The notes under the pieces: generated by a model | Databases searched by the model: none | The model's input: the letters and a program-made list of their open reading frames with translations, nothing else | Told to the model about the DNA's origin: nothing | Part shown: positions 1 to 11,798 of the stretch, one piece after another | Layout: every line of letters starts with the position of its first letter | Numbering within the stretch: the first letter of the stretch is position 1 | From: Sphyrna mokarran | Lineage: Eukaryota | DNA: 64,000 bases | Assembly: GCA_024679065.1 (NCBI GenBank) | Contig: JAGIQG010000013.1 | Span: 35,154,001-35,218,000, forward strand | Reading direction: 5' to 3' | Made by a program: the position numbers and the translations under genes

Positions 1-928
1 TATCTGCTGACTGACTACCAATGGTACTTTGCTCTAATTTGCTACAGTTATTTTTTGCTTCAATGCAAACAGGTGCCTTTCCATGTGTTTGTCCATATGC
101 TTTAATCTCTTTATTTGCTTTCCTTTTTGAATCAGGGTTCTGTGTTGAAATAACTGGACAATCTTCAGTTGCAGTATATTGAGTGGTTTGTTGTGTCTGA
201 CCTGAGCAGCTTTCCTGAGCATCTTTTAGTTCAGTTTGATGGCGGATCTTGGTTATGCAGCACTTCTGAGTGCTACTTGACTTTTTATTTTCACGATTAC
301 ATTCACTTTTAGTGCTTGCTGATTGTCTGTCCCTCCATTGTTCACTTTTCGAATGCACGCTGCTGGTTGTTATAATGTTCCCATGATGTGATGAATGCTT
401 AGATAAGTCTTCCTGAACATGCTTCTTCTCAGATTCTAACTGAACTGTATCCCTCTCTGTATGTGAGCATGGCTTTGACAGTGTTTCTTTGTCAGTTGCC
501 AAGAGGCTAAGTGGTTTGAAATTGTGACCCTTCTTTTTGTTCAAGTCAGTTCTTTCTGTTCCAGCATCGCACGACAGCTGATGAATTACTTCTCTGCGAG
601 TTCCTTCAGAATCCATAGCAACTAGCTTTTCAACCTCACCAGATGACTTTTCCTCGACTTTGAACCCATCAGGAACCTTTATCACCATCTGTTTATCTGT
701 TACTGGTAAACCATTCGACTTTAAGCTTTCTTCTTCATTCTCATTATGCTTTTTGTTTCTTTCAGACTCAGCCTCTTGGCTGTTATTGGTGTCAACTTTC
801 CAGGTGAATAGCTTCCGATTCTCGCTTGGAGCTCGGAAAGGGTTTCGTTCTTGCTTCTTAGTATGGTGGAGCTGTCCTTCAGCATCGTAGGTATCTCTGT
901 CTTTTGATGACAACTTTGAACTTGATCC
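1..928 (-). CDS. TTF2: TTF2 large coding exon 5 (partial, continues beyond window start); charged low-complexity linker
   Basis: Acceptor tttttcag| at 929-930. The frame GSSSKLSSKDRDTYDAEGQLHHTKKQERNPFRAP... stays open without a stop to position 1 (checked by hand). The RNPF...W motif is shared with human TTF2. Confidence 0.9.
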
Positions 929-2289
929 CTGAAAAACATGAATATTAATTTTTTAATATTTCCTCTGCACATCCAAAAAGGAAGGCATATTGTGGAGTCT
1001 AGACAAATTGAATCTTACATGGAAAATCAGCAGAATAAATCCATGTGGAATACACTATATGTGCCTTTTTGTTATTAAAGTGAGGGCGTCAGTGTTGAGG
1101 GATTATTTGCCTATTCCTAAATCTCATGTGAGCATCAAATACTAAAGATAGCAAAAACAGAAGAAACTATCCAAAGCATATCACTCATTTTGCACCTGAA
1201 ATCAAACCTCAGAAATACAGATCTTTTACACATTGTTTCACTTTCCAAAATTAACTGCCCAAGAATATGCTGATGGAAAGTTCAATTAAAGTCTTCTGAA
1301 GAAAATTAGATAACAATCAAAAAAGCAAAAATTTGCAAGACAATGGGGTGAAAAGTAATGGACTGACACTAAAGGAGTTACTTGCAGTGAGCTAGCATGG
1401 ACACAATTAGCTAAATGGCCTCCTTCTGTACTGTAACCATCCTTTGATTCTATTGTTTGGCCTCTTTGAATAAAAATAAAGAGTGGTATTAGCAGACATG
1501 AGTTATACTCACTTCAATCTGCACATGTTTACTTATCAAAGCAGAAAGTTTTCATACCAATAACTAAAATTGGAATCTCAGGTCTGAAATGCAAAAACAT
1601 ACTGCTTTAATCCATGGAAAACTAGTTGCAAAAGATGGATAAGGAAACCATTTATTTAATTGGATTTAATTCTAGTGGTTTTGTCAAAGTCATAACATGT
1701 GTTTTTAATACCATTAAGATCTTTCTTGTTACTATCACCCAGTCTCATAATAAAAATTAAATTTGCACACAAATTGGTGTTTTTTAATAAAAGGAAGATA
1801 TTACCATATAAAAAGTTCAGAATCAATAGAAAATTTAGAAAATATAAAGATCTGAATGATCTGTTGGATTTCAGAGACTCCCTACAATTCTATCATTTTG
1901 GACAACAATCCTGGAGAGGATTTCAACATTCATCTGTCCTATTGATTTTTCTGGAAAAGAAAACTGGAAGCTCAAGAACATACAAAGAGCAACTTCCATC
2001 CACAGACCTCATTCTAAAATAAATAATCACAAATCACTTTTGGAGTTGTAAAAATGTACTAAATATGATTTCCTGTTTTAAAACAGTGAAGTATTTCATT
2101 GGCTGTAAAGTACTTTGGAAATGCTGTGCTTATGAAAGGTGTTTTAAAAATGCAAGATTTCCTCTTATTCATTCTTAACACCAGTTCAAAACTATAATAT
2201 CAGAAACCATGGCAGCAAATTTCAATTCTTTAAGATAATAATGATCCATACCTTTAGTTTTTAGTAATAACAGAATTGCCCCCCTGACG

Positions 2290-3232
2290 GGTCAAGAATA
2301 GCACTGAATGGCTGTAGGGAATTCTAAAGTGGAGGGTAAACAGACAGATTGTGGTACATGTTGGTACCAACAATATTGGTAGAAAAATGGATAAGGTCCT
2401 ACAAGCAGAATTCAGAAAGCAAAGAAGCAGTTTTAAAAATAGGATCCAGAAGGTAGTAATATCTGGATTACACCCGGTGCCATGCTAGGGAGTATAGAAA
2501 TAGGAGGTTAGACCAGATGAATGTGTGGTTAGAGATATAATGCAGGAGGGAGGGCTTCAGACTTGGAGACATTGGGACCATTCTGCGGAGTGGTAGAACT
2601 TGTAAAAGGTGGACAGGTTGCATCTGAACCAAAACAGAACCAATGTCCTTGCAGGAAGGTTTGCTAGTGCTGTATGGAATAGTTTAAAGTAACTTGGCAG
2701 GAGTATGGGATCCTGAAAGTTCAGCAAGGCAAGATGCACAGTCAAAATGAGAAAAGACAGCAAGGTGAATCACAAAGGCATAGAAGCTGTAGGCCAGTTA
2801 ACACATAAGGGAGTTTGGTAATCTTGGATGATATTTATTTTAATGCAAGGGGGAACATGGCAGACGAGTTAACAGCACAAATCAAAACATGGGGGTAAAA
2901 TGTCATCTGGTGGTTGATAGAGAGGCTGGATTTGTAGCTTATTCCAGGATATAGGATCTTCAGTCAAGACAGGGAAGGAGGTAAAAGAGGAGATGTCTTG
3001 AGTTTGACTAGGGAATCAATTACAGCAGTAAAAAGGGACAATATTTTAGAAGGCTGTTCAAATAAAGCTATGAGGCAGAGACTCTCATAACGTTTAAGAA
3101 GTATTTATATATCCCCTTGTGATAATCAAGTGCTGGAAAATAGGATTAGAATAGTTAGATAGTTTGTCTTTAACTGGTACAAATATGATGGGCCAAAGAG
3201 CTTTTTTCAGTGCGGTATACTTCTACGACTGT
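2290..3232 (+). mobile_element. CR1/HER1-type LINE relic: ORF1 SGNH-esterase region and ORF2 endonuclease start fused to the 3' end
   Basis: Decayed VVHVGTN.IG, VVISGL and LHLN....NVLAGRFA (ORF1), then IYFNAR and GYRIF..DREGGKRG (APE). Near 3075 it jumps to a CR1 3' tail (gatgggcc...tgcggtatac). Confidence 0.75.
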
Positions 3233-3301
3233 GCGTCATCAACATTACAATATCTTAACTATTGATGAATGTCAGTATCAATTCCTACTGACGATCCATA
3301 C

Positions 3302-3368
3302 CTGCCAGGGAACATTTCCGCACCATTTCAGATTATCTGCCTTGCCTTTCGCACAGCGATAATATAAC
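3302..3368 (-). CDS. TTF2: TTF2 coding exon 4 (LYYRCAKGKADNLKWCGNVPWQ)
   Basis: Acceptor ttttctgtag| and donor |gtatgg; 67 nt, phase 2 to 0. Matches human LFFRC...KRWCGSIPWQ. Not in the ORF track. Confidence 0.93.
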
Positions 3369-3979
3369 CTACAGAAAACACAAGCACTGGGAATCAGAAT
3401 CAATTACTAAACTGTGTCTCAGTCACACTTATTAAATTTTGTTCACATTAATAAACAGACAGTAGATCAACAAGCTTACATACAGAACACCTCTGCATAT
3501 GAGAGTGATTCTATGAGATAATTACAGAAAGAAGACAATCGGGCATTTTGTGGAAATGACTCACAGTGATAAAAATGTCTAGAACACAGTTTCTTAAAGC
3601 CTAAGTCCTGCAGTTGAATGGCCAAACTTTGGAATGAGAAAAGGCTAAACATCATCACCAGCTCATACCATCAGGAAGAGAGATCATATCCAAAGGAATG
3701 AAACCAAAACCTGGTATAAACAAGGAACTGCATCTCCTCTGCTGGCCTAGTAGGTAAATGCACCCCAGGCACAAGATCTGGTTGGAAAACAGGTCTATCC
3801 TAATGTGTACATAGTACATAAAAAAGAGGAGTGAACCATCTAGCCCTTCGAATGTAAAATGATATGGTCACCCTTTCGCCTGCTCCTTAGAATAAGAAAC
3901 AAAAAGTGCTACATGGATTTCATGGCTTTTGATCTGAAATATCAACCGGAATTGCTTATATAACAATAATAAATCATAC

Positions 3980-4066
3980 CGATAAGAATGGCCATCCTGT
4001 TTTCGAGAGATAGCCTGAAGTTCTACAACCGAACCTTCATGTATCAGACAGTGAGACACAGGAATA
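3980..4066 (-). CDS. TTF2: TTF2 coding exon 3 (DIPVSHCLIHEGSVVELQAISRKQDGHSYR)
   Basis: Pyrimidine-rich acceptor ending cccag| and donor |gtatga; 87 nt, phase 2 to 2. Matches human DIPVSHCLLHEDFVVELQ. Confidence 0.95.
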
Positions 4067-4145
4067 CTGGGGAAAAAAACAAACTACCAGTTATTGCAGA
4101 TCACATAACTATTAGTGTAAACCTCATTATCAGGAGACAACAATA

Positions 4146-4341
4146 AAAGCAAATTATTGTGGATGCTGGAATCTGAAACCAAGCGAGAAAATGCTGGAAA
4201 ATCTCAAAGAGGTCTGGCAGCATTTGTCATAGACAACTCAACTGGCTTTGACAAAAGGTCAACTGGACTCAAAACACCAGCTCTTTTCTCTCCTTACAGA
4301 TGCTGCCAGACCTCCTGAGATTTTCCAGTATTTTCTCTTTT
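4146..4341. mobile_element. Palindromic pLTR-like element, second Penelope family, degenerate hammerhead
   Basis: Arms gagaaaatgctggaaaatctca...ggtctggcagcat and atgctgccagacc...tgagattttccagtattttctc, with internal tgacaaaaggtc-aactg-gactcaaaac. Confidence 0.7.
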
Positions 4342-4469
4342 GAGAACATTAACAATATGCCCAAGATGAAAAATAATAAAAATTTACTAGATGAGGCATT
4401 ACAATTGGTCTCAGTCTCTCTGTAGTCGGGAATAAGTTGGAGATGAGGAAGGAAATCAGTTAAGGTTCT

Positions 4470-4790
4470 CACAGTTAACAGTTATCCTGGTGATCCCCTC
4501 TCATTCTAAACTCCAGCAAACACAATCCTAACTGACTCAACACTCTCTTCAGTCCTGCCATCTCAGGAATCAGTTTGGTAAACTTTTGCTGCACTTCCTC
4601 TTTAACAAGAACTTCCGTCCTGAGATAAGGAAAACAAAACTGCACATAATATTCCAAGTGTGGTCTCATCAAGCCCTTTTACAATTACAGCAAGACATCC
4701 TGACTCTTGTACTCAAATCCTCTTGTTATGAAAGCCTACATACCATTTACCTTCTTTATCACCTGCTGCCCCTGCATGCATTCAGATAAT
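4470..4790 (-). mobile_element. CR1 LINE RT C-terminal fragment
   Basis: RPHLEYYVQFCFPYLRTEVLVKEEVQQKFTKLIPEMAGL. Confidence 0.8.
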
Positions 4791-4922
4791 TGCAAAAGTT
4801 GCAGGAAGGGGTGACTACAAACAAATTAGTGGATTATTTTTATTTGTACCCCACATTGAGCTGAGGCAATACAATTCAATAAACTCATACAAAATCAGAG
4901 GGTGGTAATATAATGGAAGCAA

Positions 4923-4960
4923 AGGCGGGGGGTGGGGGGGGGGGGGGGGGTGGGAATGGG
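4923..4960 (+). repeat. Poly-G tract (G-quadruplex-capable)
   Basis: Near-continuous G run (ggcggggggg-t-long G run-tgggaatggg) in TTF2 intron 2. Confidence 0.7.
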
Positions 4961-6217
4961 AATCACACCCATCGGCTGAAGAAGTGGCTATAACTCTGCG
5001 TTGCCTCCTTTAGGGAAAGCCTCCAAATGAAGTGCCAATCAGGCACTTCCCCAGGTCAAAGAACCCAGATGTGAAGTCCCACAACTCCATGATGGCACTG
5101 GAGCGAGGCAACTTCTTGCAAGCTGTATCTAGCAAAAATTCTAATTCTATCTTTTATTCTTGTTCTGAGCTTCTAAAACTTCATTGTAATCCTTTTAAAC
5201 TTTCAAACAATGCTTTAATGCAATTTCTTAAATGGAAATACCTTGCATTAAGTTGATCTTTCTCTACACCCTAGCTATTACTGTAACATAACATTCAGCA
5301 CTCTCTCATTTCCTTCTCTATGAACGCTACGCTTTATCTGTATAGCATGCAAGAAACAATACTTTTCACTGTATGTCAATACATGTGACAATAATAAATC
5401 AAATCACTTGACAATAAGAGGTCAGTAGCTTTCTCTGTTCAGTGGCGCCACTGGAAAGCAGTGACTGCTACCAGTAATGCACCAAATCAAGGCTCAGCAG
5501 CATCACTGCAGTCAGAAACACAAGTGGGTGATGCAGTGTGGGGAAGGGACGAACAACCCTCAGCAGGCACTCCCTTCCTGATGCTGGCTCAATCAGACCT
5601 GGAATGTCTTTGAACAAGGTATTCTCCTGGAAACCCAACAATGTTTGCTTTCCAGCATAGCGAATCACCATCCACTGCAGCAGGATAAGGCCCTCAAATG
5701 GACAATAACCGCCATTTAAAGACATTGATTCATCGTGAGGCGGAAAGGCTATCTACAGGCTTTTCTGCCACTTACTTTATTGGGACAGAGATAGGTAGGT
5801 GGCAGTTTACCCATCTACCACCCTCCTGATTAAATCCTACCACCCCATACACACACACAAGCTTGGCACTAAATTCTATCCATTGTCATTTATTTTGAGA
5901 ATAGGAGATATTTCCTTGGGATGCACACCTTGGTATGTGGAACCTTCCTCAGCAACTCTCCATAACCAGAAACATGGGGAGGGATTGACAATGGAAGAAT
6001 AAAGCCTCATGTATTGATCAGTCATTGAGATATACTGTGGGGAAACATACACTCTCATCAATTTCTAGCAACCTCTCAAATTCAATATCAAGTTTTACAC
6101 CAAAAGTTTCCAACTAAGTTCAAAAGGTTGCATCTTAAATGTTCCAACACAAAATATTCTCAACAGGACATTACTATTTTCTCCTCTATACTGTGAAATA
6201 GAACAGGCAATACATAC

Positions 6218-6329
6218 TCAGCAAGCTGTGTGAATGCACACGGTGAACTACCTCGGTTTCCGCACATATAGAAACTCTTTCCTTTGGTTGCTCCATCTCT
6301 CACACCTGTCTTCAGAAAACAGGGTACTC
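6218..6329 (-). CDS. TTF2: TTF2 coding exon 2 (GRF-type zinc finger: GVPCFLKTGVRDGATKGKSFYMCGNRGSSPCAFTQLA)
   Basis: Acceptor tgtcctatag| and donor |gtatgt; 112 nt, phase 1 to 2. CFLKTGVRDG.KGKSFY.C is the TTF2 N-terminal zinc-finger signature. Confidence 0.95.
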
Positions 6330-6374
6330 CTATAGGACACAATCAAGAAAAGAGTTAGGGCAAAGAAATAAAAA

Positions 6375-6690
6375 TAAAGAAAACTTGTACTTATAGAGCA
6401 CTTGTCATAAGTTCAGGACTTCAGCCAATGAAGTTCTTTTGAACTCAGTGGTGTAACATAGCACTTACAACAGTCAATCTGTTCATTGAAAACACCAACG
6501 AATGATGAAATAAATCTGACGACCTGCTTCAAGTGTTGGCTTAAGAGTAAATATTGGCTAGGCTTCAGCAGAATTCCCTTGCTCTTCTGCAAATAGTGCA
6601 AGTGATCTTCTATATCCAAGTGGAGGACAGAGTTAGCTTAAAATCTCATCCAAAGATGTTCCCTCCAATACTGCAGTATTTTGGGTACTG
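6375..6690 (-). mobile_element. Ancient Deu-domain SINE relic (SacSINE1/AmnSINE-like); related pieces ~13845-14145, ~30790-31360, ~45290-45830
   Basis: cttgctcttctgcaaatagtgc...gatcttctatatcca...tctcatccaaaga resembles the reverse complement of the recalled Deu domain. Confidence 0.55.
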
Positions 6691-7040
6691 TTCTAAAGAA
6701 TGGCACCAGCCCCCTCTCAAATATTCACTCCACTTAAAAAGACATATACGTACTATTTATCCAATCCACCTCATCTCTGGACATGTTAATCATACAAAAG
6801 TAGAAGCAAAAGAAAAACTGCAGATGCTGGAGACCCGAAGTAAAAACAGAAAATGCTGGAAACCGTCAACAGGCCAGGCACCATTTGTGAAGAGGGAAAG
6901 ACTTGTTTCATTTTGATGAGATCTCATTTTGCTGAAAGACCTTTGCTAAATGTTGCCAACACTTCCAGTTTTTATCGCATTTGTTGTGAACAAGGCAGCT
7001 TCACAGATAACTAATCAGCAACAGAATGAATCTGCAGTTC

Positions 7041-7330
7041 ACAGCACGATGGCACAGTGATTAGCACTGCTGCCTCACAGCACCAGGGTTCAATTTCCAG
7101 CTTGGGTCACCACCTGTGTGGAGTTTGCATATTTTCTGTGTCTCCGTGGATTTCTTCTGGGTGCTTCAGAATGTGCTGGTTAGGTGGAGTGGCATGCTAA
7201 CTTGCTTCTTAGCAAGAAGGGAACTAGCTAGGGTAAATGCATGGGGTTATGAGAATAGGGCCTGTGTGGGATTGTGGTTAGTGCAGACTTGATGGACTGA
7301 GTGGCCTCCTTGTGCACTGTTGGGATTGAA
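7041..7330 (+). mobile_element. HE1-like V-SINE, CR1-type tail
   Basis: tRNA-like head gcacgatggcacagtgattagcactgctgcctcacag, core tggagtttgcatatt, tail gatggactgagtggcctcct. Confidence 0.85.
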
Positions 7331-7589
7331 TGATAATTACCAATGCTCTGTATTTCTTCCAGTTTTCGAGTATATAGAGTTTTTTGACAATAATTTGATA
7401 GTCATGATTGGAAAGTGTCAGGTATGAGAAATAATAACTTTGTAATGACTTGGGAGTTAGGAGCAAGGGAGAAGGGAAGGTGGAATGTTAGCTAAGTAGG
7501 ACATGCATGTTATATTGAAACCAGAAAGAATTTTTGATGATGCTGGTGGGTGAAGAAAGAAAGTTGGCCAACACAGAGAATTCAAATCA

Positions 7590-8370
7590 AGAGAGAAAAT
7601 ACTAGACACGCTTAGCAGGTTTGGCAGCACACGTGGAGAGAGAAACAGCTAAACGTTAAAAAGAACACCAAAAAGGAAGGTCTAGAATCAGGTGGAAAAC
7701 AGGAAGGATTAAATGGTGACCGAGTACATGGTGCAAGATCAAAGGAAATGGTAATGGCACAAATAAAAGAAACAAAAAATGCTTCTAGATATGAATGGCA
7801 GAATGATAAAACAAGGGAAAAACCCAAAACCTGCAAAGAAAACAGAAACAGACGTTACAATCTACAATTGTGGAACTCCATGTTGAGTCCAGAAGGCTGT
7901 ACAGTACCCAATTGGACAATGAAGTGTTTATCCCCAAATTTACAATCGTCACTGGAACACTGTATGAGACTGAGGACAGAAAAGTTAGAGTGGGAGCAAG
8001 TCGTATAATTCAAATGACACGCTGACTGAAAAGTTCAGGTGATACTTGGAACTGAGAAAAAGTTTTCCACAACACAGTCACCCAATCTGTATTTGGTCTC
8101 TCCCGCAGTTGTGAGCAAATTGTCAACACAAGTAAATCATTTCGCCTGAAAGGAATATTTCAGGCCATGTGTGGTGAGAAAGGAGGCAAGTGGCTCTAAG
8201 AAGAGATAGTGGAAATTGACGAGTGGACCAGAGTGTTGCAGCAGGAACTGTCTCTATAAAATGCTGAAAACAGAGGGGAAGTTGAGTTTTGTGGTGGCAT
8301 CACTCTGGACGAATATTCAATAAATACAGATGCTAGTGGGCAGGATAGTGAAGACAAGAAGAACCATTGT
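7590..8370 (-). mobile_element. Old degenerate Penelope-like fragment
   Basis: Starts with a pLTR-like segment (gagaaaatactagacacgcttagcaggtttggcagca...aaacgtt) related to the 4146 family, followed by decayed sequence. Confidence 0.45.
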
Positions 8371-9150
8371 CAGAATGCCAGAGGATGTTATTTAAGAAGG
8401 TTGGCAAAAGAATCAAGAGTAACATGGTGAAAAATATCTTTGTACAGATAGCATTAGGATGTGGAATGTACTACCAGAAAATGTGATGGAGGCAAATTCA
8501 ATAAGGGCTTTCAAAACTGGATTGCTTAAGCACATACATGGTAAAGAGAAATGCTGGCTTTTGGGGAATGGGAGGGGAGAATAAAGGCAGGAACGTGTGG
8601 GGGTTAGCTGAGATGCTGGTGCAAAGAACTGGCAGAAACGTAGCAGGCTAAATAACTTCTTGTGCTGTAACCAGTCTGTGATGCTATCAGGTTTCTGGGA
8701 GAACTCATTGTTTTTTGGTCATTAATTAATGATATTATTAAACTAGAAAGAGTTCAGGAAAGATTTATTAGAATGCTACCAGGGATTGATGGCTCAAGTT
8801 ATAATGAGGTTGGACAGACTGGGACCTTTTTCTCTGGAGTGTAGAAGGGATGCTTTTATAGGAGTCTATAAAATAATGAGGGGCACAGATCAGCTAGATA
8901 GTCAATATCTTTTCTCAAAGGAACTAGTCTAAAACTAGAGGGCATAGATTTAAGGTGAGAGGGGAGAGATTCAAAAGTGTCCAGAGGGGCAATTCTTTCA
9001 CAAACACGGTGGAGAGTCTCTGGAACAAGCTGCCAGAGTTAGTCGTAGAGGCAGGTACAATTTTGTCTTTCAAAAAACATTTAGACAGTTAGATGGGTAA
9101 AATGGGTGTAGAGGAATATGGCCAAATACAGGCAATTGGGATTAGCTCAG

Positions 9151-10791
9151 TAAGAATCTGGCAACACCAATTTTAAATCCAACCGATTTATTTGATAGTA
9201 AACCTGCAAGCTTTTGGCCTTTGTAGCCTTCGTCAGGTGAATGAGATGTTCTGGTCTCCAAAAGCACACATATCAGCACAGACAGTTTACAGATTGCTGA
9301 TTAGAATGCGAACCCTTACATCTAACCTGCTATTCAAGTCTTAAAGTGGCTAACAATGTGGGTGGGAGGAATATTGAGCACAGGTTAGGGGGATGTGTAT
9401 CGTCTCCAGACAGCACAGTAAGTGAGGTTTTTTTGCTAACCCAGGCAAGTCATGGGGGTTACAGACAGTGTGACATGAAGCCAAGATCCCTGTTAAGACC
9501 GTCCTCATGTGTGCGGAACTTGGCTATCAGTCTCTGCTCAGCGACTCTGCGCTGTCGTGAAGGCCCACTTGAAGAACATTTACCCGAAGGTCGGAGGCTG
9601 AATGTCCGTAACTGCTGAAGTGTTCACCCACAGGAAGGGAACTGTTTTGCCTGGTGATTGTTGAGCGATGTTCATTCATCCACTGTCGTAGTGTCTGCAT
9701 GGTCTCCCCAATGTACCATGCTTCGGGACATCCTTTCTTGCAACGTAAAGGTAGACAACGTTGGCCGAGTTGCAAGAGTATGTACCGTGTACCTGGTGAA
9801 TGGTATTCTCACGTTTGATGATGTTGTCCATGTCAATGATCCGGCATGTCTTGCAGAGGTTGCTGTGGCAGGGTTGTGTGGTATTGTGGTCACTGTTCTC
9901 CTGAAGGTTGGGTAGTTTGCTGCTAACAATGATCTGTTTGAGGTTGCGCGGTTGTCTGAAAGCAAGAAGTGGGGGGGTGGGGATGGCCCTAGCAAAATGT
10001 TCATCATCATCAATACGTTGAAGACTCTGGAGAAGATGTAGTAGCTTCTCCGCTCCAGGGAAGTACTGGACAACAAAGGGTACTCTGTCCACCATATCCC
10101 GTGTTTGTCTTCTGAGGTGGTCAGTGCGGTTTATCGCTGTGGCACACCGGAACTGTCGAACAATGTGTCGAGCGCCATATCCTGTTCTCACGAGGGCGTC
10201 TGGAGGTGTCTGTCACGATCCTCCTCATCTGAGCAAATTCTGTGTATACGGAGGGCTCGTCCATAAGAAATGGCTTCTTTAACGTGTCTAGGGTGGAAGC
10301 TGGAGAAGTGGAGCATTGTGAGGTTGTCTGTCGGTTTGTGGTACAGTGAGGTGCTGAAGTGTCCGTCCTTGATGGAGATGCGTGTGTCCAAGAATGCAAC
10401 TGATTCTGGAGAATGATTCTGATGAGTCTGATGGTGGGATGGAACTTGTTGATATCATCAAACAGTTTTTTCACCATGAGTCCAAAGGAAAAAAATGTCA
10501 TCAATCTAGTATATAGCCTTGGTTGAAGATCCCGTGTGGTGAAGAAGTCTTGTTCGAACCTGTGCATGAAGATGTTGGCATATTGAGGATTTGCATTCTA
10601 ATCAGCAATCTGTAAACTGTCTGTGCTGATACATGCGCTTTTGGAGACCAGAACATCTCATTCGCCTGATGAAGACTACAAAGGCCGAAAGCTTGCAGAA
10701 TCAAATAAATCGGTTGGATTTAAAATTGGTGTTGCCAGATTCTTACTGAGTTTACCCCAGTCCAACACCGGCATCTCTACATCATGACTAT
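9151..10791 (-). mobile_element. 5'-truncated Penelope-like retroelement (RT C-terminus, Cys-rich linker, GIY-YIG; Neptune-like) with inverted pseudo-LTRs
   Basis: Frameshifted ORF pieces QYANIFMHRFEQ, DDINKFHPTIRL, TSLYHKPTD...SSFHP, PCHSNLCKTC and NVVYL...YIGET...MNEH. About 170-bp inverted repeats at ~9146-9317 and ~10580-10750. A 17-bp direct repeat AATTGGGATTAGCTCAG at 9134-9150 and 10792-10808 splits a host CR1. Confidence 0.92.
10662..10698 (+). ncRNA. Hammerhead motif in the inverted pLTR of the Penelope element (partly degenerate)
   Basis: CTGATGA at 10666-10672 followed by GAAAGCTT at 10687-10694. Stem II and helix I are imperfect. Confidence 0.5.
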
Positions 10792-11770
10792 AATTGGGAT
10801 TAGCTCAGGGATTTAAAAAAAGAGCAGCATGGACAAGTTGGGCTGAAGAGCGTATTTCCACGCTGTAAACCTTTATGACTGGAGTGGGAAATCAGCAGGA
10901 TAAGTGATCTTCAAAATTTAATGAGAACATTTGAAGTGATGATTTGCAGTTTGGCACATTTTGTAACAGTGAAATGGGTCTGTGCGAATATAATCTCTCC
11001 CCTGTGGTTTTGAAGTTAAAAAGGGAAGTGGTCTCAGAATCATACAGCGCAGAAGAGGCCCTTCGGCCCATTGGATCTGCACCAAAACATTACAAACACC
11101 TAAATTCCTACCTTTGGTAACTCCAGTTTCCCCTCAGTTCAAAAATACATAGATCATCTTGACTGGCTATGTTAAATTGACCCTGTCATAGGTATTAGCA
11201 GGATAAGTATGAGAGAGATCAGGGGGAATAGGGCTTAGATTGTTGTCAGTGTAAGCTCCCTAGGCTAAAAAGCCTCGTTCGGCACTGTAGTGATTCTATG
11301 ATGAGGTGGAGTTCAGGTGTTTCTAATCTGTCTCAGTCGGCCCAGGCCCCTCACCCCCAACCAGGGGGTAGTGGCCTCAGTGCCTCCCCCACATCAAGTG
11401 AAACAATGCCCTATCCAACTTCTGGTCTCTCTCTCTCCTTCCACCCCCATCCCCCACCCCTCTTCCGGGCTCTGGTCTCTCTCTCCCCTTCTCCAAGGTC
11501 TGATCGCTCCCTCCTTCTCCCCTGCCCATCTTCCGGTCTCTCCCCCGTTCCGACCTCACGTCTCTGGCCATCACTGTACCACGTGCGCCGGAGCCGGTCA
11601 TTCTGCACCCTGATGGGACTAAACCTCCAGCTGCTCCTGATTAGTCACTCCATCCACCAATTAAATAATTCAGGGCCGGCAATCCGGTTCCAACTTCCGG
11701 TGGAATAGACTCCGCTATCTCTCCGCTCATACACACACACAGTCGGGCTGTGGTGGATATTTAAACATAC

Positions 11771-11798
11771 CGTGTTCTTCACACAGCACCCTCTCCAT
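11771..11798 (-). CDS. TTF2: TTF2 coding exon 1 (MERVLCEEH-G, phase 1)
   Basis: Minus strand reads ATG GAG AGG GTG CTG TGT GAA GAA CAC G|gtatgt. This 28-nt exon matches the TTF2 N-terminus (human MEEVRCPEHG), lies in a CpG-rich promoter region and splices in frame to exon 2. Confidence 0.93.

Larger units (their letters stand above)
8735..10880 (+). mobile_element. CR1 LINE 3' end, split by the Penelope insertion (pieces 8735-9150 and 10792-10880)
   Basis: IIKLERVQERFIRMLPG and TRGHRFKVRGERF. The tail ggacaagttgggctgaag...cgctgtaaacct resumes after the TSD. Confidence 0.85.

Noticed and set aside
34-972. ORF-track ORFs 34-222, 660-890 and 721-972
   Set aside because: They are alternative-frame or antisense shadows of TTF2 exon 5.
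11377-11608. ATG-initiated ORFs as the TTF2 first exon
   Set aside because: They do not match TTF2. The 28-nt exon at 11771-11798 fits both sequence and phase, so these ORFs lie in intron 1.
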